64,000 bases of DNA, taken from the IMG/VR virus record IMGVR_UViG_3300028883_000003, positions 32,001 through 96,000 of that record; one strand, 5' to 3'. This DNA comes from a virus. The notes beneath the pieces are model-generated. The model made no database searches. It worked only from the letters and a program-made list of their open reading frames with translations, and was not told the DNA's origin. Shown in pieces: positions 46,756 to 56,700 of this stretch (position 1 is its first letter; each line of letters begins with the position of its first letter). The translations under genes and the position numbers were made by a program.

Positions 46756-47751
46756 ATGTTAAACAAAACTAAGAGTGTTGGTTATATTTCCCCTTCTGGT
46801 ATTTCCGTAGGTTCCAATAGCATAAATAGTAATGATCGTTATACTTTGTATGCTAATGAGAAGAAAGCCGTTAAGGAAGACTTTGCCGCTTTAGGAAACA
46901 ACTTCAATTACAACGATCCCGCAGTAAAGAAGAAATATGAAGACTTTGCTCGTTACGTTATCAAGGAAACGTCTCAGACGGTTCTTGGTACTCCTGACTT
47001 GCTTTCTTCGCTTCTTCCTACTGAGTCCATTCAACCCGGTGACACGTTTAAACTTCGTGAACTGCACGGTGTGAGCATTTACTACGGCACTTATGGTGCT
47101 TCGGTTAGAATGTCACGTCCGCAATTTACTGAGTACAGTGCAACCACGAACCTTAAAGAGGTTGGGTTGAAGTTAGAGCTTACGCAGATTCGTACTGGTA
47201 AGTATTCTCCTTCTGAGCTTGCAGACTATACTTCTAGTCTGATCACAGCATGGAGAAACCACTTACTGTTTGTAACGACTCTTGCTGGCATGACTGTATA
47301 TCAGACTGGTGGTTCATATTACCAAGCAGGTACTAATGTTGCTTTTGGTACTATGAATACAGCCTTTAACAAATTGACCGACGAAGGCGATATTAAGATG
47401 ATTATAGGACGGCGTACTGCTATCCATTATTTGTCTAATATGTCTGGTTGGGGTGAATCTGCTAAAGATGAATTCCAGAATCTTGGTCAAGTCGGTAAAT
47501 ATGCTGGTGTTCCGGTTATTAAGGTTAATTCCTTTACTGACCCGGATTATGGTACTGTTTACCCGATGCCTGCTAACGAGCTTTGGGTAGTCTCCCAGCT
47601 TCCGGCAGGTCGTGCAGTTGTTGCTGACCAGCTTCGTACTGCTGATGAGATGATCTTGCAAAACGAGACCATGAACATTTATTTCCGTTGGGACGATGGA
47701 ATTGGTATTTTCCATCCCAATAGAATAGTACGTGTTGCTGCAATAACTTAA
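46756..47751 (+). CDS. major capsid protein (HK97 fold, inferred)
   Basis: 331 aa, AAGGAG RBS, followed by a strong hairpin; GKYAGVPVI and HPNRIVRV-type C-terminus; canonical position. Confidence 0.8.
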   Translation: MLNKTKSVGYISPSGISVGSNSINSNDRYTLYANEKKAVKEDFAALGNNFNYNDPAVKKKYEDFARYVIKETSQTVLGTPDLLSSLLPTESIQPGDTFKLRELHGVSIYYGTYGASVRMSRPQFTEYSATTNLKEVGLKLELTQIRTGKYSPSELADYTSSLITAWRNHLLFVTTLAGMTVYQTGGSYYQAGTNVAFGTMNTAFNKLTDEGDIKMIIGRRTAIHYLSNMSGWGESAKDEFQNLGQVGKYAGVPVIKVNSFTDPDYGTVYPMPANELWVVSQLPAGRAVVADQLRTADEMILQNETMNIYFRWDDGIGIFHPNRIVRVAAIT

Positions 47752-47765
47752 TTGTAGTTAATAAT

Positions 47766-47789
47766 TAAGGGGGGAGAAATCCCCCCTTA
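47766..47789 (+). terminator. hairpin after the capsid gene
   Basis: TAAGGGGGGA-GAAA-TCCCCCCTTA. Confidence 0.7.
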
Positions 47790-47821
47790 TAATAATCTAG
47801 AAAAGAGTAGAGGAGGCTGTT

Positions 47822-48526
47822 ATGCCAGAGGAAAACAAACAAGAAACGGTATCTAAAGATGTATATCTTGCTTTGCTTAAAAAGCTAGAAGAAGCAAGAA
47901 CTGAAAATGAAGCGTATAGATCAAAAAGTCCCTTAGTTGGCATTAGGTGGTTTGGAGATGGTGGCTTTGGTGCCCCATTAACTTACCCAATTTCTGGTGT
48001 TAATAAGCTTTTGTTGAATGGCTATGGGGACAAAGGAGTAATGGATAACTCAACTTGGGTTAGGCTTCGTAAAGGTGAACATGCTGGATTTGGTTTATTA
48101 GTACGGGATGACTCCGTTATTGAAGAATTAGGAGTAGTTGGAGCCGTAGCACCCCCTGACCCGGAAAAAGACATCAGCCCAAATAGTTTCACACCCGCAC
48201 AAGCTAGGGAAATCTTAACCAACTATACCCTGCCTAAATTTAAAGGGGTTGTTCGTGACCTCACATCCCATTGGGGTGCTATTCATTTAATTCGTGAAGC
48301 CGAAGCTTTGATTGATGAAAAAATAAAAATTGATTTAACTAGGGTTTCTTATCTTAAAGAGCGAAGGGATTATTTACAGTCCGAGTTTAGGTTTAGTTTG
48401 ATGCACCCTCATGACATGAGAGCTTGTTGTGAGCAGTATGGGATTCGTAACTGGGAAGATATGCAGGTTGAAGAGATGATTGAGGCTTTAACCAATGCTG
48501 AAATTGAAATGCTAACCCGTGAGTAA
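47822..48526 (+). CDS. hypothetical head-associated protein
   Basis: GAGGAGG RBS; lies between capsid and adaptor. Confidence 0.5.
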   Translation: MPEENKQETVSKDVYLALLKKLEEARTENEAYRSKSPLVGIRWFGDGGFGAPLTYPISGVNKLLLNGYGDKGVMDNSTWVRLRKGEHAGFGLLVRDDSVIEELGVVGAVAPPDPEKDISPNSFTPAQAREILTNYTLPKFKGVVRDLTSHWGAIHLIREAEALIDEKIKIDLTRVSYLKERRDYLQSEFRFSLMHPHDMRACCEQYGIRNWEDMQVEEMIEALTNAEIEMLTRE

Positions 48527-48532
48527 TAGAAT

Positions 48533-49282
48533 ATGTCAATAACAGCTACGGCTCAAGAATTAGTTAATTGGGCAAGACAGTATATTCCTGACAGAAAAAC
48601 TCAACTATTCTCTGTTAGGAATGAAGAAATCGGACGCACTGCTTTGCCAACTTCTCAACGCGAATCATTTTATTTGAAAAGACCAGCTGTTGGTTCGGTA
48701 TTTTTATATGTTGATCCTTATAAATATTCGGCAGCTTCTACTTTATTGACAGCGGCGGCTACCGATAAGGTATTTTTGTATAATGCAACATTACAAAAAT
48801 GCACTTTTCCGGGAGGGTCTGATCCTTCAATTAGGCCTGCCCAATTTAAAGCTGTTCTGGCCGACTATGAATATACAAAGAGTATTCCATATGTGTATTC
48901 AGATGATGAACTAGTTGGTTTTGCTCCAGCTGCTATTGCATATTTGAATAATAATCATTCAACTAGTTATTCTTATACGGGTACAGGAAGTACTTTTGAA
49001 CAAACATTTACATCGGATAGTGATAATGACTTGGTTGCACGAAGTTTAGCAATACTTGTCAGGCGAACATTTGTTAGTGAACAAATGAGGCATGGATTAG
49101 GTGTAGCCTTTAGAGGTCCAATGGCTGCTATTGATAGCAAAAGCCAACTTAAGGCTTATCAAGATGAAACTAAAAAATTGGAACAGAGCATTGTAGATAA
49201 AATTGAAAATGACAAAATAAGTTCGGCTTCGGGATCGGGTGGTTCAGTTGATCTCTATGATGAATCTGTAGTGACCGGCTAA
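48533..49282 (+). CDS. head-tail adaptor/connector candidate
   Basis: Positional; YSDDEL..F...AIAYLN pattern. Confidence 0.5.
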   Translation: MSITATAQELVNWARQYIPDRKTQLFSVRNEEIGRTALPTSQRESFYLKRPAVGSVFLYVDPYKYSAASTLLTAAATDKVFLYNATLQKCTFPGGSDPSIRPAQFKAVLADYEYTKSIPYVYSDDELVGFAPAAIAYLNNNHSTSYSYTGTGSTFEQTFTSDSDNDLVARSLAILVRRTFVSEQMRHGLGVAFRGPMAAIDSKSQLKAYQDETKKLEQSIVDKIENDKISSASGSGGSVDLYDESVVTG

Positions 49283-49749
49283 TGGATTTTGATTATATTC
49301 AGTCAATGTATGACGAGTTGTCTAATGAGTTATTGGTTAGTTCTTTCGTAGTTAACGCAACAATTCATATACGTGGTAGTGATATCACACATGAGTCTTC
49401 CGGTATAGGTGATTCTTTAGACGGAAGACATACGGCACCGGTGCAGGTTAATTTTCCTTTGGATTTACCAAGATTTGTTCGGATTAAGGTTTTTCCAATG
49501 GAGCGAAATTACTTGCGATATCAAAATAGCAGCATTGAAAATACTGTTGCCGGTAAATATGAACCATTTGACAGGTGGGTTTCTTGCTTAGAAACCGACG
49601 TAGCCATTAGATTAGACGAAACCTATTATGACTACGTGGACTATATTAGTATAGAAGGCATTAGGTATAAACTTAAGGCAACATATAAAGAGTCTTTTGG
49701 TATCAAGCCAATTATACATGCTTTCTTGGTGAAGGAAAGTGATGAGTAA
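49282..49749 (+). CDS. head closure/stopper candidate
   Basis: Positional; beta-rich, ISIEGIRYKL. Confidence 0.45.
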   Translation: MDFDYIQSMYDELSNELLVSSFVVNATIHIRGSDITHESSGIGDSLDGRHTAPVQVNFPLDLPRFVRIKVFPMERNYLRYQNSSIENTVAGKYEPFDRWVSCLETDVAIRLDETYYDYVDYISIEGIRYKLKATYKESFGIKPIIHAFLVKESDE

Positions 49750-49939
49750 CATTCAACAGCAAATTCATGGGCTTAATAGGAAGATATTGAGTCTAGTTGA
49801 AACAGAATTAAATGTGCTAAAAGATAATCATCCTAGTGTTACTGATGATGCAAATGGCATGTATAAAAGATTAAGAAAAAACATATTGGATACAATTGGT
49901 GATTGTGAAAGGTCTACTCTAGAAAATGGCGAAGTATAG
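49739..49939 (+). CDS. small hypothetical protein
   Basis: 66-aa coupled ORF. Confidence 0.4.
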   Translation: MMSNIQQQIHGLNRKILSLVETELNVLKDNHPSVTDDANGMYKRLRKNILDTIGDCERSTLENGEV

Positions 49940-50549
49940 TAATATTCGATGGGGTGTTCGCCCCCAGTTAGCGTTGGCTAATTTAAGAGCTTTTGACCGT
50001 GCTTTTACATTATCTGATGAATTACCTACTCGATTATTACAAACACACCACCAAATTGAGGAGATAGTTAGAAATCATCTAACTACCCAATCAACTAGAG
50101 ACCCTTCGAGGACTACTCCAACGGGAGTTAATGAATCAAAAGTTGCCGATATAATTAGGTCGTCTGTAACTAAACGTCCCCATGGTTTAATTGGTGGGAC
50201 TGGTAATATAAAGTATATGGATCAAAATGATCCTTTGCTTACGTTGCAAGATAGAACCCCGTCCAGTGATAATGTTAGGCTTTGGCGTATTTTAGAATGG
50301 GGTGTTGAAGAGATATATACACTTCAGGCCAGAAATCCACAAAAGCCTATGGTTTTTTGGTGGAAACGGGAAAACAAGTTATTTGTTGGTGTTCCGGGAA
50401 AAGCTCCACATAATTTACCTATTTCTGAGCATCCCGGTCAGAGAGGTCGTCAATATTGGGAAACATCAATGTATGTTTCTGAGGGTATTTTTAGAACTAA
50501 TATGCACGCACAAATGCAACTTATTGTAAGTAGGTATTCTAACAGGTAA
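49926..50549 (+). CDS. neck/tail completion protein (HK97 gp10-like)
   Basis: ILEWG, HPGQRGRQYW motifs; positional. Confidence 0.55.
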   Translation: MAKYSNIRWGVRPQLALANLRAFDRAFTLSDELPTRLLQTHHQIEEIVRNHLTTQSTRDPSRTTPTGVNESKVADIIRSSVTKRPHGLIGGTGNIKYMDQNDPLLTLQDRTPSSDNVRLWRILEWGVEEIYTLQARNPQKPMVFWWKRENKLFVGVPGKAPHNLPISEHPGQRGRQYWETSMYVSEGIFRTNMHAQMQLIVSRYSNR

Positions 50550-51052
50550 TGGACCAAATAGATAACATAACTTTTGCAATAGTTTCTTTGAAAGAAGTTA
50601 TTGAAGCGTATTTAGATTCTCAAGGATGGAAGAATAAGTATTCCATGTATGTTTCTGGAGACCCAGCGTTGAAAGGAAAAGAAATTTCGTTAAGTCCGGG
50701 TCGTAACAAAGTAGTTCTTCCGTTGATAATTTTGAGAAGTGGGTTTACACGAAACCAAATTGAACAATTAGGAGATGAGTATGGTCGTGATGTGGTTTCT
50801 TTGTCGTTACACATTATGGCAGTAGATTCTATTCAATTGTTAACTTTGGGTAATTTGTTAAGGCGTAAACTAGAAAGGTTTACATTTAATGTCCTGAACT
50901 ATAAAAACTCTCTTAAGAGTTCTATAGGTTTAGGGGAGACTTACCGTGCTGAATTAGTGGACATATCTGATCCTAATTCCGACAGAATACAAGATCAAAA
51001 TAGTTCGCTTTTAAATGTTACATTAGAATTAAATTCTGAAAGTTTTATATAA
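50549..51052 (+). CDS. tail terminator candidate
   Basis: Directly upstream of the tail tube; LPLIIL pattern. Confidence 0.5.
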   Translation: MDQIDNITFAIVSLKEVIEAYLDSQGWKNKYSMYVSGDPALKGKEISLSPGRNKVVLPLIILRSGFTRNQIEQLGDEYGRDVVSLSLHIMAVDSIQLLTLGNLLRRKLERFTFNVLNYKNSLKSSIGLGETYRAELVDISDPNSDRIQDQNSSLLNVTLELNSESFI

Positions 51053-51064
51053 AGGAGACATAAT

Positions 51065-52624
51065 ATGGCAGTCAAACCAGTTAGAACACAAGCTAAACAG
51101 GTTGCTGCTTACATCAATGGTGTTCCTACTCGTAGGGTGCAATCTTTTGATTGGGCTTCTAACTTTACAACTGACGACGTATTTGAGTTAGGTAATGCTG
51201 GTGTTGTGGAGAGTTCTGTTACTCTTGTTGAATCCAGTGTTACTGTTAACTCCAACGAATGGGGTACAACTGATCTTGAGGCAATGATATTTGGTATTTA
51301 TGAACAGCGAAACTGTGTTGGCGACAATGCAGGAAACAGTTGGGCTAATACCATAGCCACTATTTATATTGCTACTACTGGTGCTGGTGGTGGCTGGGGT
51401 GCAACTGCAACTGCTGGTGATTATTTACAAGTAATTCGTGTTAATTCCACGGCTACTACAAATGATACCGAATATGTAGTTATTTCTGCGGTAGATGCCC
51501 CTGATGGTAATGGTGCTCAAGCTATTACGTTGGCATCTGGAAACAGATTGACAGCAGCTTGTGCTACCTCGGATATGGTATGTTTGGTCAACAAATATAC
51601 TATCGACCAAGATACAGTTGATTCAAACCCTGTGCATTTAATTTTGCCGCATCGTTATTCGAATACGGCGACTACTATTATGCATAGTGTTATTTTACCT
51701 CGTTGTTTTGTTGATAACTTAACTTATAATTTTGATACGGGTGGAGCTTCGGAACAAAACTATACTATGGTGGGTGAAGAAGAACGTTTAGTGTTGGGTA
51801 ATTGGAAAGAAACAGTTTCAACTACTGGTTCTTTTATGAGTTACAACAACACAACAGGTTCTTTGACTTTCCGTGTACCATTGAATAGCAGAGCATGTTT
51901 GGCCACTCCTTATGCTGTTTATGCAGATTCTAACTTAGTTACGTGGACTGGTGCTCCGGGTGGGACAATAAACCATTCGTCTGGTGCTGTTACTGTCCAT
52001 GCTTATATTGGCGGTGGTCTTAGCATTACCAGTGCGGCTCAACTAATTTATTATGCTGCAATTCCAACAGCACATCGTGTTGGTTTTAAAGGACTAACTA
52101 ATATTGATAGTTCTATTGGTAAATTAACCAAAGGTTTTGTTGATGTTTATCTTGGCTTATCATCTGGCGGAACAGGGAGCGAGAAATTACTTCGTTGTAC
52201 TGGTATCAATGTTAGTATCCCTCTTACCCGTGAATCAATTGATGAGTTAGGTGAATCTCGATCTATTTCGAAGCCTCTTGAGGGTAACCTTCGAAATGAA
52301 GTAACAGTTACGTTTAACAGAAATGATTTACGTGAATATGCTAAATTGTTAGGTAGTGAAGCAGCTTTTGATGCTGGTACATTAAAGGAAATTTTAATGA
52401 CCAGTTTGAAGGATGTTAAGACTGGTGTTATTACAGTTTACTTTTATGCTTCCCAAACTACACACGATGCAACAACGTTACTCAAGACTATGACATTTAC
52501 TAATTGCAACTTTATTGGGGATAATTCTACTACTCCTATCAGTGGTGCTTCCAGTGTAGAACTTACGTTCTCTACTCAGTCTGTTGATATTGTTGGTAGC
52601 GGGTTAGCTCCTGTGTATGTTTAA
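51065..52624 (+). CDS. major tail tube protein
   Basis: AAGGAG RBS; RVQSFDW..NFT.DDVFELG tube-like N-terminus; followed by terminator, chaperone and tape measure. Confidence 0.75.
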   Translation: MAVKPVRTQAKQVAAYINGVPTRRVQSFDWASNFTTDDVFELGNAGVVESSVTLVESSVTVNSNEWGTTDLEAMIFGIYEQRNCVGDNAGNSWANTIATIYIATTGAGGGWGATATAGDYLQVIRVNSTATTNDTEYVVISAVDAPDGNGAQAITLASGNRLTAACATSDMVCLVNKYTIDQDTVDSNPVHLILPHRYSNTATTIMHSVILPRCFVDNLTYNFDTGGASEQNYTMVGEEERLVLGNWKETVSTTGSFMSYNNTTGSLTFRVPLNSRACLATPYAVYADSNLVTWTGAPGGTINHSSGAVTVHAYIGGGLSITSAAQLIYYAAIPTAHRVGFKGLTNIDSSIGKLTKGFVDVYLGLSSGGTGSEKLLRCTGINVSIPLTRESIDELGESRSISKPLEGNLRNEVTVTFNRNDLREYAKLLGSEAAFDAGTLKEILMTSLKDVKTGVITVYFYASQTTHDATTLLKTMTFTNCNFIGDNSTTPISGASSVELTFSTQSVDIVGSGLAPVYV

Positions 52625-52630
52625 CTAAAT

Positions 52631-52658
52631 AGGGGGCACTAATGTGCCCCTTATTTTC
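52631..52658 (+). terminator. intrinsic terminator after the tail tube gene
   Basis: GGGGCAC-TAAT-GTGCCCC followed by TTATTTT. Confidence 0.75.
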
Positions 52659-52672
52659 ATAAGAGGTTAGGT

Positions 52673-53488
52673 ATGGATGAATTTGAAGACAAATTGGAAA
52701 CAACTAAAGAAGTTGAAGAAGAACAGCAAGTTGTTGAGGATAGTGAAAAACTAGAAGAAGTATATATTGGTCGGCAGGAACTTTATATCAAATCTTATGG
52801 CACTGTCATTTTTGATATGCCGTCCCCCGGTTTATCAATCAAAGGTGATCAGGTTGCTGCTAAATTCAAAGCATATAATCTAAGACATAATGAATTATTA
52901 ACGGATGCTCAATTAAGGGCTATTTATAACCAGCCTATTACTATCATGGTGGATGGTAAAGAAGTAAAGGTTGGTAATGGAGAATGGCCTGAAAAGAATG
53001 ACGCTGAACTTGAAGAGCTTCCAAAAAAAATTTCAGCTAGTTTAGAAATGTTTGACGCCTATCGTGCTGATTACCATGCGGCTAAAGAACAAGTTACTGC
53101 CTTGACTGCTTCTGGCAAAACTAAATCCTCTAAGGTATTTAAAGATGCCGAAGCTAAAATGGAAAAAGCTAAAGAGCAGGCCAGAAAAGAATACGACAAT
53201 ATTCTTGCCCTTCGTTCTCGACAAATGAGTTTAACGTCTTTACGTGTTCGTTTGTTTGCCGATTCTTTAGAAGAACAAGCCTTTTTAGAAAAAGTAAAAT
53301 TGTTTGCCCCTTCTTGTATTAAGAAAAAAGACAAGGATGGCAATATTGTTCCGTGTTGGAAGACTATTGAAGAGTTCGAGAACGACACATTTGGAGCTAT
53401 TCAAATTATAGCTTACTTCAATCTGTTTCTCAGGGGGTTGGATGTAAGTTTTTTCGGAGATGTGCCAGAAGAGGCGATACCCTCTTAA
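52673..53488 (+). CDS. tail assembly chaperone (gpG equivalent)
   Basis: Lies between tail tube and tape measure; in-frame slippery heptamer T TTT TTC near its 3' end. Confidence 0.75.
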   Translation: MDEFEDKLETTKEVEEEQQVVEDSEKLEEVYIGRQELYIKSYGTVIFDMPSPGLSIKGDQVAAKFKAYNLRHNELLTDAQLRAIYNQPITIMVDGKEVKVGNGEWPEKNDAELEELPKKISASLEMFDAYRADYHAAKEQVTALTASGKTKSSKVFKDAEAKMEKAKEQARKEYDNILALRSRQMSLTSLRVRLFADSLEEQAFLEKVKLFAPSCIKKKDKDGNIVPCWKTIEEFENDTFGAIQIIAYFNLFLRGLDVSFFGDVPEEAIPS

Positions 53489-53763
53489 AGTATCGTTATT
53501 CAATTGATTCTGGCAACCCTCTTTTTTATTTCCCCGACAATTCTCCTCGTTCTCCCCACGAAATAACAATCCATCAATCGTTTCTTTTACACTGGTTAAG
53601 ATTTTATGATTGGCTACTTTCCGGCAAAGGCCCTAAAATTCCGGATGATGATATTTTAAATCATGATTCCGAATTGGATGACTACGTTGAACAATGGAAA
53701 GAAAATCTTGAAAAGCAGGAAAAAGAAGCTAACAAAAACAAACATAATTTTACTGTTGGATAA
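53449..53763 (+). CDS. -1 frameshift extension of the tail chaperone (gpT equivalent)
   Basis: T TTT TTC at 53449-53455; the -1 frame is open for 102 codons to TAA 53761-53763 and has no upstream start of its own after the TGA at 53368. Confidence 0.8.
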   Translation, partial: FFRRCARRGDTLLKYRYSIDSGNPLFYFPDNSPRSPHEITIHQSFLLHWLRFYDWLLSGKGPKIPDDDILNHDSELDDYVEQWKENLEKQEKEANKNKHNFTVG

Positions 53764-53768
53764 ATATT

Positions 53769-56700
53769 ATGGCTGATGCTCCTTTTATTATAACTACCCA
53801 AATAGATACTAAAGGTATTAAAGCTGGGCTTGCAGAGATTGAGGCTTTGTTAGTTAAGTTTAATCCTAAGGGTTCGTTTAATAGTCTTATAAACACTAAA
53901 GAATTAGATGTTGCTAAGTCAAAAGTTAAACAATTAACTCTTGAATTAAACAAAACCAAGGCTGCTCTTGAGAAGGCAGCAACTAATACTGGTAGGCTTG
54001 CCACAAACACTAAAAAGACCTCTAATGCTTTGGCAGATGTGTCTAGACGTGTGTTTGTTTGGGGGTCGATGTCAGCTTTAATTTTTGGGGCATTACAAAA
54101 TCTTAAAGAGTTTTATGATTTAACAATTCAAGTTAATACTTCTCTTGCAGAACTAAGAAAGGTTTTACCTAGTGATACTGACTTTGGTGCATTAAAAGGT
54201 GAAGCATTTAAATTATCCATTGATTTTGGTACTGATCCTTTAGATGTTCTTCAGGTTTTAAAGCGTTTTGGCCAAGCTGGTTTGTCTGCTCAAGAAGCTG
54301 TTGAGGCTACCAGAACGGCTTTGCTTGCTTTAAATACTACTGGTGCTGATACTGAACAAGTGTTCAATGCTATCATTGGTGCCAACAGAATTTTTGGTAT
54401 TGCTTTTGAAGATTCTGGTCGCGTGATTGACAAAATCATGAGATTACAGGCGGATCTCGCTGTTGATTCTAAAGATTTAATTGCTTCCATTCAGGCTATT
54501 GGTCCTGCTATTACTTCGTTAGGTGGTGATATTGACGATCTTCTTTCCAACATTGCAGCTTTAGCTGAAGCGGCTCGTGTATCAGGTAAAGAAGCAGCCA
54601 ACTCCTTAAAACGTGTACTTGCTCGTTTAGTATCTAAGGAAGGTATTACTGCTCTAGAAAAATTAGGTGTTACGGTTTTTGACACAGCTAAAAACTTCAG
54701 ACCTTTAAGAGACATTCTAGAAGACGTTTCAACTAAATATAAAGAAGCTTCACAGGTTGAGCAACAGCAATTAGCAGTTGTACTTGCTCAGGTTCGTCAG
54801 TATCCTAAATTAATTGCTTTGTTAAACAACATGGATAGACAGCAGGAAGCATTAGCCAAATCACAAAACGCTTATGGTGATGCAACTATTGCTAATCAGG
54901 TTCAGTTGGATAGCTATGCAAAACAATTAAGTATTGCACAAAACCAAGTTAAAGAGTTTGGCGAGACAGCTATTTTAAAGGGTGAAATAGTAGAAAACTG
55001 GGTTGCATTTCATCAAGTTATAGGGGATTTAGCAACGGCTCTAACGTCTGTCGCCGGTCCTCTTACCAAGTTTCTTAGTTTGGCTGGTACTGCTGCTGGT
55101 GTTATTTTCTTGTCTAAGTGGGTATTGCAATTAAAATATTCATTAGCATTAACAGCAGCTGAAATGAAGGCTACTGCTGTAGCGGCAAATTTGGCTACTA
55201 GAAATGTACAAATATTTGGGTTGGCAGTGCAGTTTACTGCTAATACTTTGCGTTTGTTAACTGGTATTGGCATTGCTGTGTCTGCTCTCTTTTTAGCAAT
55301 TGAAGTTGGTCGTCGTAAAGCCAACAAAGAAGAAATTCGTTATAACAAACTGATTGAACAAAGTACGGAATCTATTAAGAAGTTTAAGGATTCTCTTCGT
55401 GGGATTGCTGTTAACAATATTATTACTACGGACGTTGAGGAAAAATTTAATTCATTAACTAAATCTTTGGCAGCATATACAAGGGCTCTTAGTATTGGAC
55501 AGGCTTCTACCGAGGAATTTGTAAAATCGCTTGGCAAAACATTTGGCGTGGATGTTAGTTTGTTAAGTGAACAGCAATTAAAAGATTTACTTGAGACATT
55601 AAAGGATGTTGAAAGAGAACTTGATCCTAATATTTTACTTCCGTTCTACGATGTTGTAAATCGTGGTACAGAGGTTATGATTAGCAATATAAATACTGGT
55701 ACAGATGAATACAAAAAATTTAGAGCTGCTTTAGCCGAATATTTTGAGCCCAAAGGAATTAAAAATTATGCTGATCAATTAGCCGAATTAGAAAAACTGG
55801 AAGCTAAGAGAAGACAACAACAACTTGATACAGGAAGAACTAGTGTTTATCTACCGTCTGATTTGTCGGGTACTGGAAGAAACTTAGCTGCTTTTATTGA
55901 TGGTGTTAAAGGAAGTCAGGAATCTGTTACAGCGTTATGGTTTATTGTATCTGGTTTACGTCGTACGTTAGGGTTGTCAGCTAAATCTTTTGAAGAGGTT
56001 GCTGCTTCTTCCGGTAAACTACAAGATGTCATTGGAAGATTAGACGAATTAAATACCAAATTAACAGTTTATAATGACCAAATAAAAAGAACCGGCGTTG
56101 TTTCTGCTGACTATAAAAAAACACAACAAGATTATGATGATGTATTAAAGGGTGGTGTTGATATTTTTGGCGATCTTGTTGGTATTCAAGATATTTACAA
56201 AAAAGCTTTGGATGGCCTAGTTAAGTCACAAAGTGGTGCTATCGTTCAGATAGATGCCTATTCTGGTAGAGCAAAACAGTTTGCTGTCATTATTTCTAAA
56301 TTAGCTGGTGGTTTCAAAGAATACGCGGAATCGGAATTAAAGAGTTCGGGTAACGCAGCTGCTTTTGCAATTAATATTAAGGAAGGACAAAAGGCTGTTC
56401 TTGCAATGTTAAAAGCCATTGAAGCTGGAAAGGGTGGTATATTTTCTATTGACTTCAACCAGCATGCTTATTTGAAGGCTGTTAAAGCTAGCACTGCTGT
56501 TGTTTTGTCTAACTTTGAGGCACAGTTTAAGGCTATTGATGTTGTGCGTAGGGTGTTAAAGGATACAGGTTCGGCTTTTGATATAAACCAGCAAGGATTG
56601 AATACTGTTGATACTGCTCTTAACCAATTGAACAGGCAATTAGGGTCCAACGAAGAAGAGTTAGCTAATATTAAGGTTCAAATTCAAGCCTTAATAACTG

